A stretch of 64,000 nucleotides of DNA, from NCBI GenBank assembly GCA_028023455.1, contig JAQFVV010000007.1:15748001-15812000 (forward strand), written 5' to 3'. Of this stretch, positions 12,631 to 28,490 are shown piece by piece. The stretch is from Epiperipatus broadwayi. Its lineage: Eukaryota; Animalia; Onychophora. The translations under genes and the position numbers were made by a program. The notes under the pieces are model-generated. The model did no database searches and was not told the DNA's origin. It saw only the letters and a program-made list of their open reading frames with translations. How positions within the stretch are numbered: the first letter of the stretch is position 1; every line of letters begins with the position of its first letter.

Positions 12631-15061
12631 GTGCATGTATTCCTAAACACACGAATGTTTAATAAACTCAATTGATATATATATATATATTGCTTCATTT
12701 TTTTTTAAAGATCACCCTTCATTGTTTAAAAAAAAATTAAAACATAAAAGTATAATTGGGATTTAAAATTTGAATTAAAATATAGGGGCAGATATTTTCA
12801 TCATAAATGAAACTATAATTTAAAAATAAACCCAAACATGTTCAAAATATAAATAAGTAAAATCATATATATTTCAAAAAATTGTTTATTAATATTTCTG
12901 AAAATTTGTTACTAGTATATGGATACACACACACACAACTTCGTCCACGAGTCCTTACTTAATAAAGTATTTTTCAAAGATTCGCCATGAATATGTATTC
13001 ATATACACAAACACACACTATCTGTAGTATGATAAAATTTTATTATTCCTCACTATGAAATTTAAAATCATAAAGTGCTCTTTTTAATGTTAATAATATT
13101 TAATTTGTTTATAGCTGTATAAAGTTACTGTTATTTAAAACAATTTAATGTAGCTGGAATATTGTGTTTTGCCTTTAGGAGTTGCTTTTAATTGGCTTTA
13201 TAATTAATGATTTAATTTAATCATTTTTTCTATTTGCCCATTGGAATTAATTTCAAGCTATTTAGTTTATTAAGTTTTTTTTTAAAAATAAAATAAAAAT
13301 AATAGCATTATTGTACTATTTGCAATTCAGAAGAAATGAATTTGAATTTCATCAAAATTTACCATAAAAATCTTCATAAAATTTTAGTTTTGTCATTTCT
13401 AATTTATTACAAAATTGATAGTTACTAACATCAATACTTGTATACTAAAAATAAACAAGGTTTTAGACATAATCAAGATTTGTTAAAAACATGACAGCGT
13501 CACCGAAAATGATGGTTGCAGCATATTATATTTTTAAATTTGTGTTCTTAGTTTATTAATATTAATCTAACCAGCTTAGATCAGTTTGGGATATTCACCG
13601 TCCAGCTGAGAATAGTTAAATATCCATTTTCTTAGCAATCCATATTGTTTATATATAGTCTAAAGGAATTTCAAATTTTACCTATCCAATACATTAAGCC
13701 CAATTTATAAGCCATGATAACTAGAAGTGCTATAATAGCCTTATTTTTTTAAGATAGAAATTGTCCGTTATTGATCCAAATGCTTAATATTTATATTCTG
13801 TTTATATACCACCAATGATAATTAAGTGTTTTTCCTTGATTGTATTGTAATATCATTTTATATGGTTACTCAACTTGCTTTTGGGCTGATAAGATAATGC
13901 GTGCGCGCGCGCACACACACACACATTATTACAATTTGACTTATGAAGGTCAAGTCATTTATATTTATATTTTTGACATAATTCACTTCAGATAAGTCCA
14001 TTAAAGATTGTTACTAGTCATTTCTTATGCTGCAGATTATTATCTCATTCTCAGCCACTTATCAACTTGAAAATTTCAATCGGAAATTAATATCTGCTTG
14101 TTATTAAACATAACTATACAGTATGTATAGAGTCGATTATAAATACATTCACATTTAACTAACAACGTGCTACATCTTATTTTAAATTCCAAAGAACTGA
14201 ACTTCATCTAAATGTTGAAAATGCTCTTCACAGTATGAATAAATTGGCAGCATTTAAAAAATATATCAAAACTCGTGAATATTTTTTAAAATCACCAACC
14301 TTACAGCTTTGCATTTTATTATTGCATATGTTTTACAGACATTTTTGATTTTCTATATTGATGATAGAGGCATAAAAGTAATCGCTAGCTGGTGTCTCCT
14401 TCATTTATTCTAACAATGAAGAACGCTATAGTCAAGATATTTATTGCTAAGCAACAGTGGCCAAAAGTTGCAATGAAAAGCTGGAAGATTTTTAAGAAAC
14501 GATAACATAGTTTTATAAACAAAATATCAGAATTGTTCAACTTATGATGTTTCTACAGTCCTCTATGGATATAAAGATTGGACTTTGATAAAAAATAAAA
14601 GAAGAATTGATTTTTGAACTGTCTTGCAGGCAAAGACTGAGAATTCCATGATAGTAAAAATTACCCAAGTGAATTTTCAACAGATTAGATCTGAAATCTC
14701 AAGCACAGCAGTTTAAGGGCTAATAATTTGAGTGTATCACTGGTCTCATTCATTAGAACAATGTATAATATTTGGGAAAATTGTTGGTGAAAAAGCAACA
14801 ATGAGGTGAATGGACTCCCATCAAGTAAAAAAATAGCAAACAATATATTGCAGGAGTTTATAAGAAGGTTAAGGACTGAGAACTACAATCTTTGGATTTT
14901 GAGCTCCAGAGACTGCATTTAACTATCCAAGATCTCATCACAACAACAAATGTGCATTTGGGCAGACTGAAAAATCAATCAGATAATGGTTCATTGTAAA
15001 AAAAAAAAAAAGAAATTGTTTATATGATTGTTATAAATTCAGACTGTTAATCTAGTGGCAT

Positions 15062-15062
<1 letters not shown>

Positions 15063-15146
<84 letters not shown>

Positions 15147-15185
15147 CAACAACAACAACAGCAGCAGCAACAGCAGCAACAACAA
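15063..15185. repeat. (TAA)n(CAA/CAG)n compound microsatellite
   Basis: Read directly; it explains the poly-L ORF at 15039-15251. Confidence 0.97.
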
Positions 15186-16087
15186 TATATTTATTTGTTC
15201 ATTAATCAAATCAAACAATACATATATATAAAGAGAAGTCCCTCCAAACAAGAAAAACTTGTGCTAGGAGTAATTTTTAAGTTATTAATTACAAACTAAA
15301 AATACATTATTATACATTATTATACTTACAGATATAAAATAAACAAATTAAAAATATAAGAATAAATACATCCAAAGAAAAGAAATATATGTACCCATTA
15401 AATAAAGAACATATACATATTAATTGATCAATATACTATGGATAAGACTAACTGAAATTTCAAACATTTTTTAAACATATAAAAAAGATAAATGATCAAT
15501 ATCTACTGAGCAGTCAGTAATAAAAGAATTAAAGAGCATGAGTCCATTGTAACTAAATTACCTCCGACTACCTACTAAAGAAAAATCTGGAACTGCCAGT
15601 TGAAATTTGTTAGCCAATCGGATACCTATAACTGTCACTTGATGACATAATGAAAAACGATGATGATATATATAAATAAAAATTCTAAACTTATATAGTT
15701 TGGAAACAGAAAACCCAAGAATTGATGTATATATCACCCACAGAAGTCAATCTAGGCCTACCAAAAATAATACGCATTCTATAATTTTGCAAAGTACATA
15801 ATTGAGATAGTGAATAATCAATAGAGCCAACCCAAGTAGAAATATTATAACATAATATACTCTGATAACAAGCAAAATATATAGTCAACAAGATAACTTT
15901 AGGCATGAATTTCATCAGATAAAAAATTAAATTAATTTTCTGTAACCGAGAACATTAGTAGATGATGTATTTTGACCAAGGTAACCTTGAATCAATAAAG
16001 ATGCTTAAATAAGAATAATTATCAACAAAACTAATATTACAACATGTACAAATATTATTTGAAAGAGCAGTATGTTTACCACAAATC

Positions 16088-16089
<2 letters not shown>
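15186..16089 (-). mobile_element. LINE 3' fragment (L2/CR1-group C-terminus)
   Basis: Minus strand NICTCCNISFVDNYSYLSIFIDSRLPWSKYIIY*CSRLQKINLIFYLMKFMPKVILLTIYFACYQSILCYNISTW...LQNYRMRIIFG matches the post-RT motifs YLGxxIDxxLxW and IYxAxxxSxxxY..W. AT-rich 3' UTR with aataaa. Confidence 0.75.

Positions 16090-16178
<89 letters not shown>
16090..16178. repeat. (TAA)n(CAA)n compound microsatellite
   Basis: Read directly; it explains the poly-L ORF at 16005-16289. Confidence 0.97.
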
Positions 16179-16199
16179 CCTCAATATATTAATTCTTTC

Positions 16200-16520
16200 T
16201 ATAGAAATATATAATTCTAAAGCACTCATTGACTTAGACAAGTTCAGATGAAAAGATATAAATAATAAACATAAACTAATTAATTGCACTGATCCAGCTT
16301 TTGGCTAAATGTTGCCAGAATCATAGTACTGAATAAAGTTATGCAATACGGGTAAGTTTATAACAGTTCTATAAGCTTACCTGGACTGCATAACTTTAGT
16401 CAGCAATTTGAAACTGGCAGTGTTTTTTCTAAAATCTGGCTCAGTACAATTAATTAGTTTATGTTTATTATTAATATCTTTTCATCTGAAGTCAACAAGG
16501 GTTTTAGAATTAAATTATTG
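16200..16520. repeat. Degenerate palindrome centred near 16360
   Basis: aaagttatgca (~16336) pairs with tgcataacttt (~16387). cagtacaattaattagtttt...atatcttttcatctgaa at 16442-16490 is the reverse complement of ~16245-16292. Confidence 0.7.
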
Positions 16521-19500
16521 TCATCATCATCCTCTTCATTATTTCTGACTAGTAATTGGTTCACTAAAAATGTCCAAATAATTGAATGGTGAGTTGTTTG
16601 AGAAGTCCCATGATAAACAAGCAGCAGAAGATACAGTTTGCTGTAGATTCAGATTTTAGATCTTAAAATAATTATTTTATTGAACTACACAGGGTTACAA
16701 TAATTATATATTTTGTTGCTCAGCACATCATATAATGATTTAGGATCTGAGTTGCAGGTGGAACATGACAGTTTTATTAACTGTCAGTTCACTACTAAGA
16801 ATTTATTATCACTTGAATATGCCATTTCCCATTCAAGGCACTCTTACATATAGATATGCTATTTATATCAAAAGTCAATAGCTAAAACAGTCAATAAAAT
16901 AAGCAAATTACATTAATTCAGAATTCTATTTATTGGCTTGCATATCTACTGTTCAGGGGCAACTGCAGGAAATTTTCCAGAAGGGCAGGATAATGCTTGA
17001 AGTCATAATTATTTCAATAAATTTTTAATTATTTTTTTTTTAAATTTTCACACATGGATTATAGAATACAGTATTGCAGCAATACAAAGTTACATAAATT
17101 TACAATATAAAGGAAACAAAAATTAATAACTAGATAAATAGATAGATAAGCAGATGGATAGATAATTTCAATAATTATATATTGTAACTCGATCTCTACA
17201 TATAAATTTTTTTACTCAATCCTGGGCAATGGAGACAAGTGATCCCACTCCCCTACCAGCTGCATTTGGGTTATTATTTCTTGAGTAATGATTGAACGCA
17301 GAGCATTATATGGCATCACAATGAATTGAGAGCTAAAATTAATTTTTTAAGTTTATTAGTCTTTTATTTTTGCTTTTTAAGTTTGATACTATAATGTTTT
17401 GGTATTATTAATAATTTTAAGAAACATTTCTGAATAAACTAAAGTTATTTTAGGAATTAGTTCTATTAAGTTAGTGCATAACTGTAATAATACATTATAA
17501 TAATGGCAGATTAGACACCAGACTCTAACATGAAGTAATTTTTTTTTCATGAATCTTAATAACAATGAATTGATATATTATTACTGTTATAAATTATTCA
17601 GATATTCTTTAATAATGCAATTATATTTTATTATTTATTTTAATAATATGATTAAACATTTCTAAATAAAAGTAAAAATAATTAAATTAAATAGAAATAA
17701 AGAACAAAATAATATTGTAGTAAAGTAATTTAAAAAATAATAATTAAAAAAGGCATTTTATTCATAAGTATCAGATGTAGATGCTACTAATTATTATGAA
17801 AATATTACCTATAAAGAATATTATACATATCTTTATAATAATTGGCCAGAAATACTGAATTTTTCCAAAAAGAATAGCACTCTAAACTGAAAAGGGTGTT
17901 CAGCATAATTCTTTGATTTTAGAAGTTCTTTCTAAAATTTCCAAGTGTGTATCTGATTCAAAACTAGTACAGCTTTGGTGATTGTTATTAAGCAAGCAGT
18001 CATTACTGTGAGATGGTATTATATGTATAATTAGGAACATGAGTGAGTTCTTGGACATATATTTTGCCCTCCATAAAAATATAAAATTGTAAGAAATGAA
18101 AAACATTAGATATGTTTCAAACATATGAATATAGACATCTGAAAATGAGCAGATGACCTTCAAGATAAATTTCAGACTCAACAAGTCATTCTTCTATTGG
18201 CTCAAGGCACAATCTCTTAGATGTCATATTATTTGGTAAGATGGTGAAAAATCATTACAATTTAATGAATCATAACTTTTATATCTCTTTAAGAAATTAG
18301 ATTTTTTTTTTGATTTATCACAGAATTTATTATCAAGAGTTTTTCTGAGTCATCAAACCTATTTTCTAGCAGTAAACAATAACAAGAACCTACATCATAA
18401 CATCCAAAGCGTAAAAAATGTGTTGACAAGGCAACCTTTATAGATAAAAGACATTCCTTTTACATACTGATATTGCTATGACAACAGATAGATATTTTAT
18501 TGGTTTACTAAGCTTCAATTGTTACGCTGTGAATATCGTTGGAAACCAGTCATCTATTGCCAATTTATGGCTTATTATAATTTGTAATATTGTATAAATA
18601 TATTATATATATTTTATTTATGATATATTTGTATAATAATAAGTAATCTTTGCTTAAAATTATCGCAATGCCTATATATTCTTTTTAAAATATATATAAA
18701 TAAAATGAAAAAAAGCAATTTTGTTTGCATTATAGTTTGTTTGCTTTAAAATGGTTAATATTTTACTTTCCTTTAACAATTCACTTTCACCATCTCATTA
18801 ACAGGATAAGACCAGCTTTCTTATTGTAAAATATAGTGTAGGTATAACTTTTTAATCAAGGCATACTTCCTTTTCTTGTTAGTGCAACAATAAAGCAAAG
18901 TTCTAGTTCCTAAATTGAGAACGGATTTCTTAAATAAGGCCGCATATCTGAAAAAATTGAAACATTTATTTTATTATTAAAGTTGATAAACAAATCAAAT
19001 CTGAATTGAAAGTCTGTGTAAATAAATGAGTCTTTGTAATCTTAAAATGTTCCAACGCAGAAACATATACATAATAACTGCATATTTGGCAGAGGTAATA
19101 GATCAGGATGGTGAAAGTGGTAGTGGAGCTGTATATTCATAGTAATTTTTTATGTAATATATATAAATTTAAAAACAAAGAAAAATTAATGTCAAAATAG
19201 AAATCCTTATTATCAAAATAAAATTTTAAAGTTTTGATCTGATTCAGCATTTGTATGTACTGTATATTGAGTTCTATATTCAGTGATTTTAGATTGCCAT
19301 TGCTTGCTATCTTTTTATCATAATTTATTTTAACATCTAATAGCAATTAATAAGTACTTATAGCAGCACACAATGCAAACCGGAAAAAATATTTTTCACA
19401 GTAATTATATCTATATTAAGATACCCCCTCCGCCCCTGTAAACCATTTTCAGTAAAAAATAACATTATAAATTTGAAAATTTGGACACATTTCCTTTTTT

Positions 19501-19621
19501 TTTTTTGAATAGTGTGTGTTTGTGACTATTTATTTATAATATGGCTAATTATTCAGGAGATCAAGTTATGTAACATTTAAGCACTAAAGTTTTTAGCCAA
19601 GAACAACCTTTTCATTAAATC

Positions 19622-20250
19622 AATCATCATCAACCATTATCAATCCACTGCAGTATGAAGATCTCTCCAAGTTCAATCGATCTTTTCTGATATTTAGCTT
19701 CTCTTCTCCATATTACCCCTGCACACTTTCTAATTTCACCCATCAATCTCACATGTGGTCTCTTTCTGGGTCTTTTACAATCTCTTGAGTTTAAGATTTC
19801 AGTTGTCCATCTATTATCATCTCTTCTAGCAATATGTCCAGTCCAATTCCACTTACAGTCTTAATTTTTTCAATGAGGTCAGTAACACCTGTTTGTTCTC
19901 TTAACCATATATTGCTTTTTCAATCTTTTCTTGTTACTCCTAATATGCATCTCCATACTTCTTTGAGTGATCTGAAGTCTCTGTATTGCTCTTGTATTAA
20001 GTGTCCAAGTCTCAGATCCATAAATAAGAACTGGTAAAACACATTTATTAAAAACCTTCCTTTTCAAACACATAGACATATTTCCTTTTAATATCAAGTT
20101 ATTTCCCCTTTTCAAACACATAGACATATTTCATTTTAATATCAAGTTATTTCTACCAAAAGCACTCCAACCAAGTTTAATTCTATGATTAATTTTATCC
20201 ATTATGTTTCCTTCTGTATAAATAATCTGACCAAGGTATTTGTAGCTTTT
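19622..20250 (-). mobile_element. 5'-truncated RTE LINE copy with an internal ~50-bp duplication
   Basis: Reverse complement of the RTE 3' end; ORF 19879-20127 matches [20 protein letters not shown]. ttttcaaacacatagacatattt...atcaagttattt occurs twice (~20060 and ~20110). Confidence 0.92.
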
Positions 20251-20289
20251 AAATCAATCATACAGAATTTTGTATTCCACCCTTATCTC

Positions 20290-20560
20290 TTATTTTTTCT
20301 CATCTTTTTCTTAGTACTAGGTATTTCAAAGAATCTTCACCAGCACAATTTTTCTCCATTTCCTCATGTCTTTTACATTTATTCCCCATTTTTTACTTCC
20401 TTTAAATACACCTTGATGTTGTCTCTTCATTAATTTCTTAACTTTTCTTTTAACAGAAGATCTCTTTTGTGATCAGTGTATTTTTCAGGCTCTTCATTAG
20501 CTTTCATTTTTTGTCACACCTAAGCCATCTTATTCTTTTGAACTTACCAATATTTTCAGT
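20290..20560 (-). mobile_element. Possible degenerate 3' end of a second RTE-like LINE
   Basis: Broken frames give RIRWL... and ...KKWGINVKDMRKWRKIV, resembling RTE-type C-termini. Confidence 0.3.
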
Positions 20561-21419
20561 TAGAAAAGCTTTGTTAAGTTATATATATCTTTCAAATCCT
20601 CATTTTTAATTAATTATGATTTGACAAGTAGACTTTCTAGTTAACGTTTGAATCTAAATCCAATATCTTTTTATGCCACTATTATATAAATGTTTTAAAG
20701 CATTAAAATCTCTGTTTATATATAGTATTTAAAACCATATTTAATTGTTTGTTTGAAAGATTGAGCAAATTATTTTTTTTTTTATTAATTTATTTACCTT
20801 GGCTGATTTAAACAAAAAAATATTTATATTTTTCAGTTCATTTATAATTACATGTCATTCTCTTCATTGTTTGCATTTATGATCTACTTAGAATATGAAG
20901 TGGATACATTTTCTGCCTATTTGTAGTCATGTAATTAAACAATGGATTGTTATCTAGCAGTTTTGACAATTTATTAGATACTGTAGTTCATTCAAATTAT
21001 TATATGTATATATTTAATTAATTTGTTAATACACCTGAAGTTTTTACTGAAAAAAGGTCATTATTTATAAGTACATTTAAATGATTCTTTGCAAATATGG
21101 CATGTGAATTATTATAGTAACATTTTCAGGTTTGATTGCTCCTTAAAAAGATTTAAGTATTTGGGGAATATGTAAATAATGATATTTCTGATCTATAATA
21201 TGCTTATGGACACACAGTGCCCAGTTTTTATATTTACGACTATTATTTCTGCAACATGCTACTTATATTAGAAAATAATAGCTTTGAAATGGAACTTAAA
21301 CTACATAAATATTTTGTCTGCTTGTTGAAGTGAGCACTGGATTTTGTTTTGGTAATTATTAACATTTTCAGGTGCATATGGTCTTTTACAGTTATTAAGG
21401 TTTCTGCACCCAAACAAGC

Positions 21420-22625
21420 ATTTCAGACAATGCAAGTACAATATTTTATTATTCTAAACTTCAAAAATCACAATATATACATATATCAATAAAAATAATA
21501 ACTATACATTCTTTCAATCTGAAATACTTTTGGTTAATTCCTTAACCATTTTCAACTGCTGTTAAATTAGAAAACAAAACAAAAACAAACATCATCAACT
21601 CAAATCTCATGAATCACAAATTTTTTAACAATCTTCAGAGCTGCAACACCACAATATATATACAATAAAAATAATAACTATAATGGTAATTAGCTATTAT
21701 ATACAGTCTTTCAATCTGAAGTACTTTTGATTAATTCCTTAACCCTTCTCAACTGCTATTAAATTCAAAAAACATAACGGAAGCAAATGTCATCACCTCA
21801 AATCCCACAATCCTGAATTTTAACATTAGCAACTTGTCTATTAATTATATTTATTTTATTTCTATTTGTTAAAATTGCCTTCTTAATTTTTCTTTTACTA
21901 TTATTTCTCTCTTCATGAAAAATCTTAACACTTTCAAGATCAAACTTAAATTTATATTTACATGTCCTTTCATGATCCAAGAAAATTGAAACAATAAATT
22001 ATTATTTTTACTTTTCGCATACTTGTATAACAATTCATGCTCGTTTAATCTTTTCTCAATACTGTATCTCGATTCACCTATATATCATATATATCCACAA
22101 AAGATTTGATACACAACATTACTTTTTTGCTTGACAGGTATGACATTTTTAGAATTATTCACTAACTTATTAACATTATTTGTAGCACAAAATGAAATAT
22201 TAAACACATCCTTATAAATATCCTTAAGTTAAAAAAATTCACTCGCATTTGAAATATATGGTGAATCAAGGTGCAATATTGAGAAAAGATTAAATGAGCA
22301 TGAATTGTTATACAAGCATGTGAAAAATAATAATGATTTAATGAGCATTCAGTTTTATGGGATCATGAAAGGACATGTAAATATAAATTTAAGTTTGATT
22401 TTGAAAGTGTTAAGATTTTTTATGAAGAGAGAGAAACCATAATAAAAGAAAAATCAAGGAGGCAATTTTAATAAATAGAAATAAAATGAATATAATTAAT
22501 AGACAAGCTGCTAATGTTAAAATTCAGGATTCATGGGATTTGAATTGATGACATTTGCTTCAGTTATGTTTTTGAATTTAATCTCAGTTGAGGAGGGTTA
22601 AGGAATTAAACAAAAGTACTTCATA
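21420..22625. mobile_element. Penelope-like element relic with tandem and head-to-head inverted 3' (pLTR-like) segments
   Basis: Minus copy ~21600-22245 with a partial tandem duplicate at ~21420-21600. Plus-strand inverted copy ~22250-22625 begins within the GIY-YIG coding region. Confidence 0.85.
21800..22245 (-). pseudogene. PLE GIY-YIG endonuclease domain (ORF C-terminus), disrupted
   Basis: Translation ISFCATNNVNKLVNNSKNVIPVKQKSNVVYQIFCGYI*YIGESRYSIEKRLNEHE matches the Penelope signature VVY.I.C...YIG.T.R...R..EH. Confidence 0.88.
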
Positions 22626-22626
22626 A

Positions 22627-24490
<1,864 letters not shown>

Positions 24491-27400
24491 TTTATTTACC
24501 ATGATCAAAAATGGATGAGGATGATGGTTTGCACTGACTAGACTCATGGAGGAACAAGAAATCTTAAATATTGTTTAGACAATTGAGATATAAAAACACT
24601 AAGACAAATGTTAAACAAATTAAGTTTAAACAAATTTTAAATTTTAATTGAGAAAAATATAAATTATAAAGTAAAAGTTTATAATACAACAAATAGGGTT
24701 ATATCAGGCATGTGCCAGAAAGAATAAAATTTAACACTCTGGCAGACAGACTAATCTTCTAATAGTGAATTAGAAAAGGAGGGAACACATTTCTTTCAGC
24801 TGACAACTCACCTGCAACACTGGTTTCCTTATTCAAAGATATGAAAACAATACAATCTTGAAATAAATCGATGAAACAGTGCTGGCGAGCATTTCTTGGC
24901 CCAGAAAAATGCATCGGGACCAAGAACATTATATTGTCAGTAAAACAGCCCATGATGTATCATGTTTAAGATATATGCAGGTGATTTACCCCAAGGACAA
25001 AAAAAAATAAAAATAAATGAATAAATATGTCTGAGTATAAATTATAAAATGGGAGGAAATTTATGTCTCCAATTCAATGAAATAATAAAATTAGAAAATA
25101 CCCCAACGTAAATAATTTCAAATTAGTAAAATATTAGATCTATGATATAAGGAAAACAGACATTTAAAACTGGTGAATCCCCAACCAAATAATTGGCCAA
25201 AACTAAGCTGAGACTAATAATTAAGAGGTCTCAATAGGAGACAAGTAAATAATCAGAAAACCAGTTATGTCTGCCCAAGCATTTCAAGAAAGTGAAATAA
25301 TTATAATTACAAATAAATTTACAAACCAAGTTCTGAGTACATGCTCTGATAAAATTTAAAGCCACACATGAAAGATAAAATAAATCTAACAAACAAAATA
25401 TAAATGTTAACCTAGATTCTTATAAGTTAGTTTATCAGAGAGTGTATATGAGTAGAAAATATAAGACATTAAATACTTTAGCAGAAAGAATCTGTCTTTC
25501 ACCTATAATTTACAAGGGAATTAATATTATCTTCCTGTTGGTGGTTTATAAAATTACAAAGAACAACAATTACAGTTTCCTATTTCAGAGACATAAACAC
25601 AAATACAGTCTTGTTATCTAGAAGAGAAGAAACAAAATTTCCAAATACGGAAAACCAGAACAATAAACATGATAAACCACCAGCCAAAAGATTTTGCGGT
25701 TTGCAAAAGAGCAAACACAGTATTTTAAATCAATTATTGGGCAATAAAATAAATATAGGTGAGCAAATTAAAATTACACAAGACTGCTAAATCATTTAGA
25801 AAAAGATGGGCATATAAATAGAGATATATTAAGCATATAAAAATATAAACTCACTAGATACTCTCCAATAAATAAAATTGAAAGCAAACTTGGAATCTTA
25901 AAACTAAGATTCTAAGATACATTATTAATGCAATGAAAAGCAAATACAGTGAATAAATAGGAAGTTAAATAATTATTAAGACTACAGATTTATTTTAGAT
26001 TGAGCATAGATTTAAATAAAAGAATCTACCCTGGAAGGAATAAAAGAAAATATTTACCTTACGGTAAAGCAAAGTTTGCATAGTTTCAAGGAGTGCACTT
26101 TTTTATTTAAGTTCATATTTCAGGTGTTCCATCCTTTTACAGCGGCAAGGGTAGAGGCATTGGGGATTCAGTTTATCTTAGACTTTCATAGCAGGACTGA
26201 AGAACAGCTGCCAGATGTGGGTCATCTTGGTTTAAGTTAGCAATGCATATTGTTGGTTATAAAATGTACAGTAGCATATTTTCACATCTTGTGAAGAAAC
26301 CCAAATCTTTTAATGACCGCAAATTTTTAAAAGATATCAACATAATCAAAGTGTGAAAAATGAATACTGAATCTCACTTTGAAGCAGCATGTTAGTCAAG
26401 AATAATTTAAAACTATTGTCCCAAAATTGCAGGGTTATTTATACCCATGCTACTGCAAAAACTTTTCTTGTTTTTGAATTCTATGCCTTAGAGCAGAGCA
26501 AATCTCAATCTCCTGCTCAACTAATTAGGAATTCTAATCAGGGATTATTTTAAACAAAAACAACAGCACAAAATTAAATCTCTGCTTTTAGAATGAACTT
26601 GGAAATGATTAAAATAAAACAGACAGGAATGTAATTAACAAGTTTGCTTTAAAAACAAGTGGTGAAAGAAATCTATTTTAAAATCAATTCTATAAAAAAT
26701 ATTAAAATGATCTTTTTTAAAGAATAGCTTTATATCTTTAAATTTAATAAAACCAAAAGTTAGTTCTACTTTTGGAAACGACCTTTGAAATATAATTAAT
26801 ATATATATATATATATAATTAATTTTCATTATATTTATTATTTTTATTGTTATTACGATAGTTTTTAGTTCACAGACATTTTATTTGCATTATATATAGA
26901 AGTACACTATTCTCAATAAATAATGATTTCTGGCCATTGTTCATAATATGTTCTTTGTTCTTTTATTTGTAACATATACAGTTATTATCTCTTCAGTTAA
27001 TGGATCCTGAAATATTAAAGTTTACAAGTTTTGAATACTGATATTCCAGCTATTTAGAAACCATAAATTTGATACCTTTCAAGTGGAAACTAAATCAAAC
27101 AATGCTTTCCTTAAAAAAAAAAAATATTTTGAAAATAAACATTCAGATCTAATTTTTTAGTGTATTTATTTAAAGAAACTTTTTATGATTAATTCTTTCA
27201 AAATTAAAATAGGAAATAAAAGATTTAAAAGCACTTTCATATTTACAAATCTTGGATATTTGCTATTTTAACATAATGAATATTAAAATAATTATTAATT
27301 AAAATTAAAAAAATACTTATATATTTTTTGTTAAATTAGAAAAAGAAAAAAAAAAGAGTAAAATATACCTGATAGAAAAAAGTTTCATTAAAAAAAATTG

Positions 27401-27689
27401 AAGTCATGCATGAAGATTTTTCTTTTTTTGATTTCATCTTTTGATAAAAAATGTAGTTAAATTTAAGTTTGTAAAATGAGAATGTTAATACTAGCAGTAC
27501 AGAAATTTTAGTAGAAAATTATTTTAAATGATTTCTTATCCATGGTTTATTTGTAGTGAAGATTAAACTCACTCATGTTTTGTCATTTACTCTTGCAAGC
27601 TTATGAAACTTCTATCATGTCTTGGTCAGATATTCCCTACTTTCTCCTTAGGATTATGTCTTTAAATAAAAAACTACCTTGTTAGGAAT

Positions 27690-28490
27690 AATTTTTATTA
27701 ATCATTAATTAGACTGGAGGTTATCCACTTAATGAATAATATTTCAGTAGAATAATTTTCACTACAGTACTCTCATGCAAGGTAGGGGACTAGTTTCTGT
27801 TTACTTTTATCACCTTGTGGAAGGATTCGTGTATGATCCCCAAGATGAACATTTTTTACTGAACCAGTACTCATCAGTTTGCCAAGATCACTACCTCTTA
27901 CACAAATTTTTGTCATTGTTTGGTATATATATATATAGCAAATTACCACAGTTTTATTGATGTGTTAAACTTACTGCCCTCACAACTTTGACACAAATCA
28001 TTTGATGGAAGTATATTAATATTTTTTATTATTCATTCATTAGACTAGAGATTGTCCACTTAATGAATAATATTTTGATAGTGTAATTTTCACTATACCA
28101 CTCTCACACAAGGTAGGGGACTAGTTTAACACCTTGTGGATGGGGTGTAATCATAAAAATATGACCAAAGATGTGAAAAAGATATATGATCCCAAAATAA
28201 ACATTTTGAACTGAGCCAGTACTCATGAGTTGGTCTTTATGACAATCTCCTGCACAAATCTTTGTCATTGTTCAGTGTGTATATATAGTCAATTACTACA
28301 GTTTCATTGATAAGTATCAAACTTAATGCCCTTGCAACTTTGACACAAATCATTTCATGGAAGTATATTAATAATTTTTAATAGTCACTTATTAGACTAG
28401 AGATTATCCATTTAATGAATAATATTTCTGAGATGTAATTTTACACCATTCTCAAACAAATAACGAAAATTACCTTACAGAAATATTATT
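27690..28490 (-). mobile_element. Family B tandem array (~352-bp unit, ~2.3 copies) with a decayed hammerhead in each full unit
   Basis: attagactagagattatccacttaatgaataat-like motif at ~27707, ~28040 and ~28393. HHR cores at 27871-27877 (CTGATGA) and 28223-28229 (CTCATGA), 352 nt apart. Confidence 0.85.

Noticed and set aside
24550-26050. Possible further decayed LINE
   Set aside because: A-rich and coding-like, but no diagnostic motif could be read with confidence.
26130-26240. Putative plus-strand exon VFHPFTAARVEALGIQFILDF... after ttcag
   Set aside because: No strong donor, no recognised homology, and adjacent to decayed repeat-like sequence.
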